Assembly: GCA_052279835.1 (NCBI GenBank)
Contig: CP181291.1
Coordinates: forward strand, 2,112,001 to 2,176,000
Direction of reading: 5' to 3'
Length of the DNA: 64,000 nt
Source: Microcoleus sp.
Lineage (GTDB): Bacteria > Cyanobacteriota > Cyanobacteriia > Cyanobacteriales > Microcoleaceae
The translations under genes were made by a program, and so were the position numbers. The notes below the pieces were generated by a model. That model was not told where the DNA came from and did not search any database. It saw only the letters and a program-made list of their open reading frames with translations. Positions 9,264-20,144 of this stretch are shown one piece after another (position 1 is the first letter of the stretch; each line of letters begins with the position of its first letter).

Positions 9264-10404
9264 ATGGTCGTCGGCGAATTCAAGCCAGGTTTAGAAGGTG
9301 TTCCTGCTACCTTATCCAGCATTAGCTTTGTAGATGGACAAAAAGGGGTACTAGAATATCGTGGTATTAGCATCGAGGAACTAGCACTCAAAAGTTCCTT
9401 TGTGGAAACTGCATATTTATTAATCTGGGGCGTACTTCCGACAAAGGAAGAACTAGAAGCCTTCGAGCATGAAATTCGGTATCATCGCCGGATCAAATAT
9501 CGCATCCGGGACATGATGAAATGCTTCCCCGAAAGAGGACATCCCATGGACGCTCTGCAAGCTTCAGCAGCGGCCTTGGGTTTGTTTTACTCGCGCCGAG
9601 CTCTAGCCAACCCAGCATACATTCGAGAAGCAGTAGTGCGACTGCTAGCCAAAATTCCGACAATGGTAGCAGCATTCCAACAAATGCGACGGGGTAATGA
9701 CCCTCTGCTACCGAGGGATGACTTGAACTACTCGGCTAACTTTCTTTATATGCTCAACGAGCGAGAACCCGATCCGCTGTTGGCTAATATTTTTGATGCT
9801 TGTCTGACTCTCCACGCGGAACATACCATCAATGCTTCTACATTTTCGGCAATGGTAACAGCTTCGACGCTGACAGACCCCTTATGGGGTAATTGCTTCA
9901 GCAGTTGGCACTTTAGCCGGGCCTTTGCATGGGGGGGCGAATGAAGAAGTGATTGAGATGTTGGAGAAAATTGGTTCCGTAGAAAACGTGCGACCTTTTG
10001 TCGAAAACTGCGTTGAAAACAAGGAGAAAATCATGGGCTTCGGCCACCGGGTTTACAAGGTGAAAGATCCCAGAGCAACTATTCTCCAAGGGTTAGCAGA
10101 ACAGTTATTTGAGAACTTCGGTAGCGATGATTATTACGACATTGCTGTCAAGTTGGAAGAAGTGGTGGAAGAAAAACTGGGTCAGAAAGGAATTTATGCC
10201 AATGTAGATTTCTATTCTGGTTTGGTTTATCGGAAAATGGGAATTCCTACAGACTTATTTACTCCTGTTTTTGCGATCGCCCGCGTTGCTGGCTGGCTAG
10301 CTCACTGGAAGGAACAGCTAGAAGCAAACCGCATCTACCGCCCTACTCAAATATATACAGGTACTCACGGTGAGTCCTATATTCCGATCGGGGAAAGATC
10401 CTAA
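9264..10404 (+). pseudogene. gltA: Citrate synthase, frameshifted as given (probably a sequencing error)
   Basis: LHAEHTINASTF in the first frame; GPLHGGANE, MGFGHRVYK and NVDFYSG in the second; removing one C from cccc at 9877-9880 restores TLTDPYGVIASAVGTLAGPLHGG. Confidence 0.9.
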
Positions 10405-10542
10405 AGTTGGGAATTAAAAACCCACAACTCGAAACAGCCTTCTGCCTTATCCAAAAAATGCAGTGATGGGTTGCACCCCCTTGTATTCTCTCCTGTTCGT
10501 TAGCCACAATGTTATTAAGTGACGATTTTCAGGAAATCCAGT

Positions 10543-10564
10543 CCTCAGACTTATGGGTCTGAGG
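10543..10564. terminator. Hairpin between convergent gltA and DUF29 genes
   Basis: cctcagac-ttatgg-gtctgagg followed by cttttt. Confidence 0.55.
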
Positions 10565-10568
10565 CTTT

Positions 10569-11093
10569 TTATTGTAATTTAATCTCTAAATTCCCATCTT
10601 CAACCCCAGGCAACTGCGACAAATATTCATCGATCGCATCTTCTAATTCCTTCCTTGAATAATTGTAAGTCAACAATAGTAGCCCAGTGGCGATCGCCAT
10701 AATTTGCTCTCTGTCCACTCTTAAAGTCAGTTGAGCGCGGCTTAATTTACCTTCCAACACTTCCCTACTAGCCTCACGAATTGCCGCTTCTAGTTCATCT
10801 TCTAGAAAAGGCTCCCACTCCGAATCATTGATGTAGTAGGATGTTTTATTATCCTTGAGATTGAGCTTTTTAATACCTCGGATTGAATTAGCAATAGAAG
10901 CAGCCCAAGAATTTGTTAAACGCTGCTCAACTTGGTTTTTAATTAGGTGGATGAGTATAATCAGTAAAAAAGACCCAATATTCCGCAGAGTTGCTTGTTT
11001 GCTCATGCCCTCTAATTCATCGACAATTGCTAGAGCATCTTCATTCCTGCCTTCCAAAATGCAATTTTTCAGGTCAATTAATTCCTGTACCAT
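10569..11093 (-). CDS. DUF29 family protein
   Basis: MVQELIDLKNCILEGR...DELEGMSK...LIHLIKNQVEQRLTNSWAASI pattern. Confidence 0.75.
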   Translation of the reverse strand: MVQELIDLKNCILEGRNEDALAIVDELEGMSKQATLRNIGSFLLIILIHLIKNQVEQRLTNSWAASIANSIRGIKKLNLKDNKTSYYINDSEWEPFLEDELEAAIREASREVLEGKLSRAQLTLRVDREQIMAIATGLLLLTYNYSRKELEDAIDEYLSQLPGVEDGNLEIKLQ

Positions 11094-11154
11094 GGATTTT
11101 GCCTTCAAGCTTTATCTGGATTTCGCACTCTAAATTAGGGTTATAGCCTAGTCT

Positions 11155-11309
11155 AGATCCCCCTCGCATCCCCACCCCACCCTGCCCCCCTTGGGGGGAA
11201 GGGGGAAGGGGGACTTTGAATATTCTTGTCCCCCCTTTATTAAGCGGGCTAGTGGGAGACTTTAAGTGCTTCCAGTCCCCCCCTTAATAAGGGGGGTTAG
11301 GGGGGATCT
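11155..11309. mobile_element. MITE-like element built from C-run/G-run hairpins
   Basis: Terminal inverted repeats agatccccc / gggggatct enclosing several ccccc(tt..aa)ggggg palindromes. Confidence 0.65.
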
Positions 11310-11341
11310 CCGGGTTTCAAAACAGACCCTACTAGCTAAAT

Positions 11342-13456
11342 CTAAACAGATTGAGTTAAATGATGACGGCTAGTCAATTTATCCAATTGATTCACCAACA
11401 AACTCAGGAACAATCCCACATCAGTAACCACACCAGTAGATTCGATCGAACCCCGATCGCTCAATTTAGTCACCACCGCCGGATTAATGTCCACACAGAC
11501 CATCTTCACACCAGCCGGAGTCATATTTCCCACACCAATCGAGTGCAACATAGAGGACAACATTAACACCATATCTGCACCGCGTAACAGCTCAGTATAA
11601 TGTTCTTGAGCCTTAATTAAATCCATTTGCGTGTCAGGAAGTGGGCCATCATCGCGAATCGAACCAGCTAAGGAAAACGGTATATTGTTCTTGACGCACT
11701 CGTACATTACACCATTAGTAATCAGCCCTGCTTCCACAGCTTTAGCAATACTGCCATAACGCCGCACAGTGTTAATTATTTTCAAGTGGTGTCTGTGTCC
11801 ACCGCGCACAGCAATACCCCGTTTCATGTCAACCCCCAAAGAGGTTCCCATGTTCGATTGTTCCATGTCATGCACCGCGATCGCATTGCCACCCAACAAC
11901 GCTTGCACGTAACCTTCCCGAATCAAATGCGCTAAATGTTCGCCACCACCAGTATGAATCACCACAGGCCCTGCGGTAACAACAACTTTACCGCCGCGAT
12001 CGCGAATTTGGCGCAATTCCCACGCTACTTGTTCCACCACCAATTCGACGCGGCGTTCGCTAGAAACACTCCCGGACATAAAACTAAATTCCTGAGAATT
12101 CCGTTGTTCCCGCGATTCTGTTTTGCGAATAGTGCGAATGCCAACCACATCCACAACCACCTTTTCTCCTACTTTTAAATCCCGCAATAATTTGCAGGTG
12201 GCGACTGGGCCATCAGCAGTTTCAGTAATTGCGACTGCCCCATCCATCCGTTGATTTTTCGCTTTCACCCACTGGTTATTTACCCGCACTTCCGTCGGAT
12301 AAATCGTACTCACATAAAAGTCGTCCGGTCCAACGCCATCTTGCACTACAGGTTCTAAAATAGCATCGCAAATCTCTTGTGGTGGAGGCACTGCACCCAA
12401 GTCGATCAGCATTCCCATCATTTCTTCCATCACATCATGGGAAGGAGCCGAAACTTTAACGTCGGCACTGGATGTGCTTTGACGCTGCTCTCCCAGATTA
12501 AAATTCAGCACTTGGAAACTGCCACCAAGATCGACAATTAAGTCCAAAGCACGACTAATTAAACCAGCATCCAGCAAGTGACCTTCCATGCGAATTGTGC
12601 GGCTTTCTACCATCACATTTGCCGATCGATCTTCTTGAATCGGTTCCGTTACCCGCAATGTCAAACACTTACAAGCACCGCCAGCTTTCAGAAATTCACT
12701 CATCGGGGTTTCAATTACTTTAAACCCAGCTTTAGTGATGCGTGTTTTCAAGCCTTCGCTGACCTTATTCATTACCACAACTTTGTCAATATTGACAGCA
12801 TTACACGCAAAATTTGCGGCATCCGCTTCTTCAATGGCAATCCGTTTTTCCGGCGCTACCCGCATTTCAATTAAGCGGTTTGAGTAGGAATCAAAGGCTG
12901 CTGGGTAGTAGAGTAAATAGCCACCTGTGAGGGGACAAAAACAGGTATCTAAGTGATAAAAACGTTCGTCTACTAAACGCAGAGAAAGCACTTCGATATT
13001 CAGCCATTTGGCGAGCAATGGGTGAGAATCGAGTTCGGAACGGAAGCCGTATCCTGCCCACAACCAGCGGCCTTCGCGATCGAGCAAAGCATCGCCAGCA
13101 CCCTCAAAGGGCAAGTCTTTCGGTAGTTCGTGAACCGTGAAACCTTTCTCCTCAAACCATGCTTTGAAATACGGTTCTTCGCCTTGACGTTCTTTGTGAT
13201 AGAAACGACTCAGCACAAAGGTATTACCTAAAAGTAAACCCGCGTTGGCGGTGAAAACCATATCAGGCCAGCCTTTTTGGGGAGGTACTAGGTCTACAAT
13301 GGCATTTTCTTTGAGGACGTGGTACAGTTTTTCCCACTGTTCGACGGCGCGATCGCGCGATGATTTGTGGACATTGCCCTCCATCCACGGATTAATCACG
13401 TAGTCCACATCGTAGTGGTCGGGAGCACACATCAGAAAGCGAATTGAGTCAGTCAT
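11342..13456 (-). CDS. argZ: Bifunctional arginine dihydrolase/ornithine cyclodeaminase (ArgZ/AgrE)
   Basis: Amidinotransferase-fold N-terminus (YVINPWM, PDMVFTANAG, FYHLDTCF, KAGGACKCL) fused to a LOR/SDH-like C-terminal part (GPVVIHTGG, GSIRDDGPLPD); 704 aa. Confidence 0.9.
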   Translation of the reverse strand: MTDSIRFLMCAPDHYDVDYVINPWMEGNVHKSSRDRAVEQWEKLYHVLKENAIVDLVPPQKGWPDMVFTANAGLLLGNTFVLSRFYHKERQGEEPYFKAWFEEKGFTVHELPKDLPFEGAGDALLDREGRWLWAGYGFRSELDSHPLLAKWLNIEVLSLRLVDERFYHLDTCFCPLTGGYLLYYPAAFDSYSNRLIEMRVAPEKRIAIEEADAANFACNAVNIDKVVVMNKVSEGLKTRITKAGFKVIETPMSEFLKAGGACKCLTLRVTEPIQEDRSANVMVESRTIRMEGHLLDAGLISRALDLIVDLGGSFQVLNFNLGEQRQSTSSADVKVSAPSHDVMEEMMGMLIDLGAVPPPQEICDAILEPVVQDGVGPDDFYVSTIYPTEVRVNNQWVKAKNQRMDGAVAITETADGPVATCKLLRDLKVGEKVVVDVVGIRTIRKTESREQRNSQEFSFMSGSVSSERRVELVVEQVAWELRQIRDRGGKVVVTAGPVVIHTGGGEHLAHLIREGYVQALLGGNAIAVHDMEQSNMGTSLGVDMKRGIAVRGGHRHHLKIINTVRRYGSIAKAVEAGLITNGVMYECVKNNIPFSLAGSIRDDGPLPDTQMDLIKAQEHYTELLRGADMVLMLSSMLHSIGVGNMTPAGVKMVCVDINPAVVTKLSDRGSIESTGVVTDVGLFLSLLVNQLDKLTSRHHLTQSV

Positions 13457-13692
13457 AATTCAGTTAAAATGTTGTAGATGCTACAGACTTAAGTTGACAG
13501 AGTTTCCTAGAGAAAAACTACTATGTTGGATCGTCGCAGAAAGAGTGCAACATCTCACTGCGAAAAAAGTAACTTTTAATTATATCACATAAAAACCTAT
13601 TTCGATTAAAATTTTCAAGGCAGACAAGTAATGAAACCTTGACAAAGCATCCAGGTACTCACCAAATTCTTCCCTCTGCTTTCTTCCTTGCT

Positions 13693-16600
13693 TCAAACAA
13701 TTGGGACTGCGATCGCAAATTCCGTACCCTTACCAAGTTCAGAATAACATCTCAATTCACCGCAGTGTCTGTCTTTGACAATTTGGTAACTAATCGACAA
13801 TCCCAAACCAGTACCACTACCCACTGGTTTAGTAGTAAAAAATGGGTCAAATATTCTGGACTGAATTTCCTCACTAATTCCGAGTCCATTGTCAGCAATA
13901 CGCACGCATACTTGATTTTCGCCACTGACTTCCGTAGTAATGCTAATCTCCATACATATTTCATCGTTGCTATTGGTTGCTAAATCTGTCAAAGCATCGA
14001 TCGCATTTGAAATTATATTCATAAAAACCTGATTGAGTTGAGCTGGATAGCACTGAATTTGGGGCAGTTTTCCGTACTTTTTAATAATTGCAATTTCCCC
14101 ACGTTTTGGCTGCTCCTTCAATCGGTGCTGCAAAATTACTAAAGTGCTCTCAATCCCTTCATGAAGATCTACTAATTTCCGGTCTCTTTCATCCAGTCTC
14201 GAAAAATTTCGCAAAGACAAGACAATCTCCTTAATTCTGTTAGCACCTTCCTGCATAGAACCCAAGATTTTGGGAAAGTCCTCCGCAATAAATTCCGCAT
14301 CTATTTCTTCTAATTTATCGGCAATTTCTAGAGCGGGTTCAGGATAATATTTATCATATAATTTTATTAAGCTTAGCAAATCTCCAGCATATCTTGAAGC
14401 GGGATTAATATTACCATAAATAAAGCTAATTGGGTTATTAATTTCGTGGGCTACTCCCGCCACCATTTGCCCGATACCTGACATTTTTTCTGCTTGAATG
14501 AGCTGAGATTGAGTGCCTTTTAATTTTTCTAAAGTTTGTTCTAACTGTTGGGCTTTTTCCCGTTCTCGCTGTTCGCTGCTTCGCAAAGCCACTTCTCCTT
14601 GTTTGCGATCGCTAATATCGATATGAGTGCCAGTCATCCGCAGCGGATTCCCCGCATAATCGCGTTCCATTACCTTAGCTTGAGCCAAAATCCACTTCCA
14701 TTCACCAGATTTGGCCAGCATCCTAACTTCTACTTCGTAAAGTGGACTGTTCCCAGAAATGTGAGATGCCAATGCCTCTTGAGTCAACGGAAAATCCTCT
14801 GGATGTATCAGTTCCTCCCAGGATTTAAGAGTATTTTTAATATCGTCTACTTCATAGCCCAACATAGTCTTCCACTGCTGATTGAAATATACTTCTCCGG
14901 TTGCAATATTCCAATCAAACAATCCCATGGCACTAGCTTCAAAGGCTAAATAAAAACGTTCTTCACTAATTTTGAGAGCTAATTCGGCTTGTTTACGTTC
15001 AGTAATATCCATTACCGTGCCTAAGAGTTCAATCGATTCCCCCGTTTCATTAAAAACACCTTCTCCTCTCACTTCTATATATCGGACTTGACCATCATCA
15101 TGCAAAATTCGCAACTCGTGTTTGTAGGGTTTTCTGTCTGAAATAGCCCGGTTTACAGTTTGGAGAAAACACTCTTTGTCATCGGGATGATACATCTGGC
15201 AGATTTGGTCATAGGGGGGTTCAGGTTGAGCGGGATCGAAACCAAAAATACGGAATACTTCTTCGGACCAACTACATTTCTGGGCTAAGGGATCAAATTT
15301 CCAACTACCTAGCCTCGCCAGTTTTTGGGCTGCTGCTAGACTAGCTTCACTTTTTTGAAGCTGAATTCGTTGCTGTTTATCTTGTTGCAAAAGATTGGAT
15401 TGAGCGATGGCAATTCCCATTTGTGCCGCCACTGACTCAAATAATCTGACTTCATCTTGCGTCCAACTTCGAGGACCATCGTACTGATGCAATGCCATGA
15501 TTCCGTTCGCTTTTCCTTGATAGGAGGTGCGAATTGCAATCATAGATTTTAAATTTATTTGCTCGACTAAATCGATGGTAGATTCTAGCAGCGGTTCGGT
15601 AAAAACATCCTCAGACACTACAGCTTTATCTTGAGATAATACAAATTCAGCATGAGGATTGTCATAAATCGGAATTTCTACATCTATCAGGGCTACGGAT
15701 TCTACTCCTAATTTTTGATACTGAGCAACACAAGGAATACGAGGAGGGTCTACTATATAAGTGTGAATTAAGCAGCAATCAGCATTAAAAACTCTACCAA
15801 TTTGGGCGGCGGCTGTCTGAAAGACTTGATCCGGGTTTAAGTTATAGCGAATTTCTAGAGTAATGGTTTCTAGCAAAAATCTTTGCTTAATCAGCCTTTC
15901 TAAAGCAGTCAATGCTGTTTTACGTTCCAGTTCTGCTTGTTTGCGACTGCTAATTTCAGTTGCAGTTCCCAAAATTTTACAAGGTTTGCCATCTTCAGTT
16001 CTAGCAAATACGGTATCTCGACTGAAAAACCACCAATATTCACCGTTTTTGTGCTGGAGTCGATACTCAAATTCAAAGCTTTCCCCGTCTTTTGCTTGCT
16101 CAAGTTGGTCTATGTGTGCTAACCATGCAGGAGTATCATCAGGGTGGATTAGTTGAGAAATTAAGGCTCCTGGCATCTGCTGTATTTCTTCCAAGGTATA
16201 ACCTAGCTCGGTAGAAACTTCGCGGTTGAGATAAAGATTTCGGTCTTCTATTAAATCGTAAACGTACAACAAATTAGGATTAGTTTGAATTATTGCAGAC
16301 AACCACCGCTGGCTTTCTCGCAGTTCGGATTCGGTGCGTTTGTGTTCTTCAATTTCTGCTTGGAGTCGTGCATTTTGGACTAATACTTGTTGAGAAAGAC
16401 GACGGATATTCAGTTGATTTTCGATGCGAGCTACCACTTCTTCTAGCTGAAACGGTTTGGTAATATAGTCTACAGCCCCCAGGGAAAAAGCTTTGACTTT
16501 ATCAAATACTTCATTTAAAGCGCTGATAAAAATCACAGGTATATCTTTTGTTTGCTCGCAAGCTTTGAGTTTTTCGCAGACTTCATAGCCATCCATTTCC

Positions 16601-16830
16601 GGCATCATAATGTCCAGCAATATCAAGTCTGGCGGATTTCTGAGCGCAAATTTTAGAGCCAAATTAGCATCTCGTGTTGGTCGGACTTTGTACCCAAGCT
16701 TAGACAATAGTGTGGAAAAAAGATGCAATATTTCTGGGCTATCATCTACCAGTAAAATGTTTGGTCTCAAGGAATTGTTTACTGTTGTAATTTTTTTTAT
16801 AGCAATTCTTTTTTGATCGATTCTATTCAT
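13693..16830 (-). CDS. Hybrid sensor histidine kinase (REC-PAS-GAF-PAS-PAS-HisKA-HATPase)
   Basis: LVDD...LLDIMMP...KPF receiver; three IHPDD/IHPED-type PAS domains; AGVAHEINNP; NQVFMNIISNA; PFFTTKPVGSGTGLGL. Confidence 0.9.
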   Translation of the reverse strand: MNRIDQKRIAIKKITTVNNSLRPNILLVDDSPEILHLFSTLLSKLGYKVRPTRDANLALKFALRNPPDLILLDIMMPEMDGYEVCEKLKACEQTKDIPVIFISALNEVFDKVKAFSLGAVDYITKPFQLEEVVARIENQLNIRRLSQQVLVQNARLQAEIEEHKRTESELRESQRWLSAIIQTNPNLLYVYDLIEDRNLYLNREVSTELGYTLEEIQQMPGALISQLIHPDDTPAWLAHIDQLEQAKDGESFEFEYRLQHKNGEYWWFFSRDTVFARTEDGKPCKILGTATEISSRKQAELERKTALTALERLIKQRFLLETITLEIRYNLNPDQVFQTAAAQIGRVFNADCCLIHTYIVDPPRIPCVAQYQKLGVESVALIDVEIPIYDNPHAEFVLSQDKAVVSEDVFTEPLLESTIDLVEQINLKSMIAIRTSYQGKANGIMALHQYDGPRSWTQDEVRLFESVAAQMGIAIAQSNLLQQDKQQRIQLQKSEASLAAAQKLARLGSWKFDPLAQKCSWSEEVFRIFGFDPAQPEPPYDQICQMYHPDDKECFLQTVNRAISDRKPYKHELRILHDDGQVRYIEVRGEGVFNETGESIELLGTVMDITERKQAELALKISEERFYLAFEASAMGLFDWNIATGEVYFNQQWKTMLGYEVDDIKNTLKSWEELIHPEDFPLTQEALASHISGNSPLYEVEVRMLAKSGEWKWILAQAKVMERDYAGNPLRMTGTHIDISDRKQGEVALRSSEQREREKAQQLEQTLEKLKGTQSQLIQAEKMSGIGQMVAGVAHEINNPISFIYGNINPASRYAGDLLSLIKLYDKYYPEPALEIADKLEEIDAEFIAEDFPKILGSMQEGANRIKEIVLSLRNFSRLDERDRKLVDLHEGIESTLVILQHRLKEQPKRGEIAIIKKYGKLPQIQCYPAQLNQVFMNIISNAIDALTDLATNSNDEICMEISITTEVSGENQVCVRIADNGLGISEEIQSRIFDPFFTTKPVGSGTGLGLSISYQIVKDRHCGELRCYSELGKGTEFAIAVPIV

Positions 16831-17449
16831 TAAATAACCCCTTTTAATTAGGATTTTTTAGGTAGGTAAATTGTTTAATATTTCCCAATTTTTTGGGTAG
16901 TAATTATTTTTGATTTAAGGTCAAATATTTGTAGGATTTGATTGAGGTAGGGCAAGTTAAATGTCCAGATTTCCATCAACTTGGTATCCAGTTTTGTTTG
17001 CATAAAAGGAGGTAAATTTAAAACTCTTAAACCCCATAGTGCACCAGCGATAACTGCTTTTATGGCAAGCGAGCGTGTCTTTAGACTTGAGTTACTGACA
17101 ACTTCGACTTACCTGTGGTTGGAGTCTCTGGGACTATGGGGCAGATGGCAAATAGAGGACACCCATATACACTGATTAATTGTATCAAAAATATTTGCAT
17201 TTTTCAGTAAGTCATCACAGTCGATCGAGCTTTCTCAAAATTACTTTCCACTAGAATTCTTACTGTTGCTTGTCCCATTCTGATGGTTTGAGGATTTTGA
17301 AATACTTTATATCAGTATATTTACTGGTATAAAGCATTTCTTCAGCGAGGAACGGCTAAAATGCACCCTAGGCAGATACCCGTAGCAGATTAAGTGCTGT
17401 GGGCATCTAATAGAAGATAATCTGACATTGAATTAGAGCGATTACTTCA

Positions 17450-18388
17450 CTATTTTATACTGGTACTCGCCTCCAGTTCATCGTAAGCAGCATATACCGC
17501 TTTCACATTATACCAATTCAGAAAAATCCGAGCTATTTCCAAAGCCAACTGGGAATCACCTCGATCGATTAACCACTGTAACAAAGGCGACATCCTCCGC
17601 TCATTCAGCAGCCCACCCAGAGATAAAACTCCCCACAGTATTTTGTGCAACCAAGTCATTTGAATCATCAGCCGCACTTCCCAACTAGGGTGTTTTTGAT
17701 AAAACAAAACTCCCATTCTTCCCCGCTGAATTTCTCGATCGATCATACCGGGGATTTGGTCTAAACTAAAGGGCGGATGCCAATGATAACCGACGGCGGC
17801 GGGACATTTAATCAATTTTAAGCCTAATTTTTTTAACCTGACTCCCAACTCTAAATCTTCCCATCCATAAAGTTGAAAGCGAGTATCGAATAATCCAGCA
17901 TCCATCAACCAGTGACGGGCGATGGCCACATTTCCCGTCGCAAAATAAGCGGCGGAAAAATCTGTGATTTTGTAGGGTTCCGAGGTAGGATTGTCAAAAT
18001 TGCAGGTATTGATCACGCTGCCGTAAGTAAAAACCCGATCGCTCTCCTTGTATCCTTGTAACAAAGATGCTGCGTGAGCTTGCAAAAAATGCTCGGTCAC
18101 AACTAAATCGCTATCAATAAAAATAATCGTATCGCCCTTGGCATCTTCCACCCCCAGATTCCTCGCAGCGGCTGGGCCTTGGTGAGACTGTACGATCGAT
18201 CGCACATGAGACAACTCATCCCCATGAGCGGCTAACCACTCCAGCGTGCCATCTGTGGAGCCGTCGTCTACTACAATGACTTCATACTGTGCGATCGTGT
18301 TACCAAACTGCTGGTTTTCCAGAGCTCGTAGACATTTCGCCAAAATTGGTTTACGATTGTACGTCGGAATCACGACACTAAAAAACAC
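17450..18388 (-). CDS. Glycosyltransferase family 2
   Basis: SVVIPTYNR, VVDDGSTD, GPAAARN, FIDSD, YGWEDLE. Confidence 0.9.
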   Translation of the reverse strand: MFFSVVIPTYNRKPILAKCLRALENQQFGNTIAQYEVIVVDDGSTDGTLEWLAAHGDELSHVRSIVQSHQGPAAARNLGVEDAKGDTIIFIDSDLVVTEHFLQAHAASLLQGYKESDRVFTYGSVINTCNFDNPTSEPYKITDFSAAYFATGNVAIARHWLMDAGLFDTRFQLYGWEDLELGVRLKKLGLKLIKCPAAVGYHWHPPFSLDQIPGMIDREIQRGRMGVLFYQKHPSWEVRLMIQMTWLHKILWGVLSLGGLLNERRMSPLLQWLIDRGDSQLALEIARIFLNWYNVKAVYAAYDELEASTSIK

Positions 18389-18550
18389 GGCTTTTCCCCA
18401 CTGCCACAGCTACCGTCTCCCACGGTAGCAGATTTTTCGCAGCAATTATACTGATAAACAGCCAACTAGCTCAAAAAAGAATATCTAAATCTGTACCATT
18501 CCTGACAAGAATCGATCTCAATTAAGTGCATAATACAAAGTTGGTTAAAT

Positions 18551-18672
18551 CTGATATCTTGCACCATTTTCCAGAACAGGCAAGATGCTGTTCCACAAGA
18601 ATAGATTTTTTTTGGGGAAGTAGACCTCTGGCGAACCCCGGAAGGCTGATTCAAAATGGTGCAAGATGTGAG
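18551..18672. mobile_element. 122-bp MITE with terminal inverted repeats and a 6-bp flanking direct repeat
   Basis: atcttgcaccatttt (18556-18570) / aaaatggtgcaagat (18653-18667); ttaaat on both sides (18545-18550, 18673-18678). Confidence 0.7.
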
Positions 18673-18695
18673 TTAAATACAGGATCTACATACCG

Positions 18696-19898
18696 ATGAG
18701 TCGCGCTAAAAAAGTTGTGCTAGCATATTCCGGCGGAGTCGATACCTCCGTCTGCATTCCTTACCTCAAAAATGAGTGGGGTGTAGAAGAAGTAATTACT
18801 CTGGCCGCGGATTTGGGACAGGGAGATGAATTAGAACCGATCCGCAAAAAAGCGTTAGCATCCGGTGCTTCGGAATCCTTAGTGATTGATGCTACTGAGG
18901 AATTTGTCAAAGATTATGCGTTTCCAGCAATTCAAGCCAACGCACTTTACGAAAATCGCTATCCACTTTCGACTGCTCTGGCTCGCCCGTTGATTGCTAA
19001 ACTGTTAGTGGAAGCTGCTGAAAAATATGGTGCAGATGCGATCGCCCATGGTTGCACAGGTAAAGGAAACGATCAAGTAAGGTTCGATGTGTCGATCGGC
19101 GCACTAAATCCCAAGATTAAAATCTTAGCACCGGCGCGGGAATGGAAAATGAGCCGGGAAGAAACCATCGCCTACGGGGAGAGATGTGGAATTCCATCCC
19201 CCGTGAAAAAGTCTTCGCCTTACAGTATCGATCGCAACTTACTAGGAATGGCAATTGAAGCCGGCATTCTGGAAGATCCTTGGGCGGAACCCCCAGAGGA
19301 AGTTTATTTGATGACAAAAGCGATCGAGCAAACTCCCGACAAACCCGAATATATTGAAATCGGTTTTGACAAAGGTAATCCTGTCACTCTCAATGGCGAA
19401 ACTGTATCACCAGTTGCCTTAATTTCCCAACTCAACGAAATAGTTGGAAACCACGGAGTCGGCCGGATTGACATGATTGAAAACCGGGTAGTGGGGATTA
19501 AATCGCGGGAAATTTACGAAACTCCAGCGATTTTAGTATTGATGCACGCCCACCGAGACTTAGAAAGTTTGACGCTGACAGCAGATGTGACGCGATACAA
19601 GCGCGGCATCGAAGAAACCTACAGCCAAATGATTTATAACGGCCTTTGGTACAATCCTTTAAAAACAGCTTTAGACGCATTCATTCTGGACACGCAAAAG
19701 CGAGTAACTGGAACTGTGCGGATTAAAATGTTCAAAGGAAACGCCACAATTGTCGGCCGCAAATCCGAAAATTCCCTGTACAGTTTCGACTTAGCAACCT
19801 ACGGTGCTGAAGACGAATTTGACCACAAGGCCGCGGAAGGATTTGTCTATGTTTGGGGATTGCCAACTCGTATTTGGTCGGACAAAAATCGCGGTTAG
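18696..19898 (+). CDS. argG: Argininosuccinate synthase
   Basis: [40 protein letters not shown]. Confidence 0.97.
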   Translation: MSRAKKVVLAYSGGVDTSVCIPYLKNEWGVEEVITLAADLGQGDELEPIRKKALASGASESLVIDATEEFVKDYAFPAIQANALYENRYPLSTALARPLIAKLLVEAAEKYGADAIAHGCTGKGNDQVRFDVSIGALNPKIKILAPAREWKMSREETIAYGERCGIPSPVKKSSPYSIDRNLLGMAIEAGILEDPWAEPPEEVYLMTKAIEQTPDKPEYIEIGFDKGNPVTLNGETVSPVALISQLNEIVGNHGVGRIDMIENRVVGIKSREIYETPAILVLMHAHRDLESLTLTADVTRYKRGIEETYSQMIYNGLWYNPLKTALDAFILDTQKRVTGTVRIKMFKGNATIVGRKSENSLYSFDLATYGAEDEFDHKAAEGFVYVWGLPTRIWSDKNRG

Positions 19899-19909
19899 AA
19901 AGTGTTAAT

Positions 19910-19937
19910 TATAGCAACCGCATTAGCGGTTGCTATA
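19910..19937. terminator. Perfect 12-bp hairpin after argG
   Basis: tatagcaaccgc-atta-gcggttgctata. Confidence 0.6.
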
Positions 19938-19989
19938 GGTCATTAATCTCACAATCCTGGATGCAACGAGCATCAGTAATATCGAATTA

Positions 19990-20060
19990 TATCAATTCCG
20001 GTTGGATCGGAATGATTTAACCGCGAAGGCGCGAAGTACGCGAAGGAAGAGAAGAGAGAG
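19990..20060. repeat. Dispersed repeat (aaccgcgaaggcgcgaagtacgcgaagg family)
   Basis: Same family as copies at about 2058-2087, 34650-34717 (variant) and 59781-59866. Confidence 0.75.
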
Positions 20061-20073
20061 TTTAATACAGGAC

Positions 20074-20116
20074 GATGAAGAGAGGATTTTATATTATATC
20101 AAGTCCTCTCTTCATC
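20074..20116. terminator. Hairpin downstream of glsF
   Basis: gatgaagagagga ... tcctctcttcatc 13-bp stem between convergent genes. Confidence 0.55.
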
Positions 20117-20144
20117 ATGACTGTCTAATTAACTACTGGCCAAA

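Noticed and set aside
13457..13640. NtcA site upstream of argZ
   Set aside because: The palindrome tgtagatgctaca has 5-nt spacing, not GTA-N8-TAC
15400..15880. Cyanobacteriochrome-type GAF in the hybrid kinase
   Set aside because: It lacks the Asp motif and the canonical Cys-His bilin attachment site, so it is an ordinary GAF
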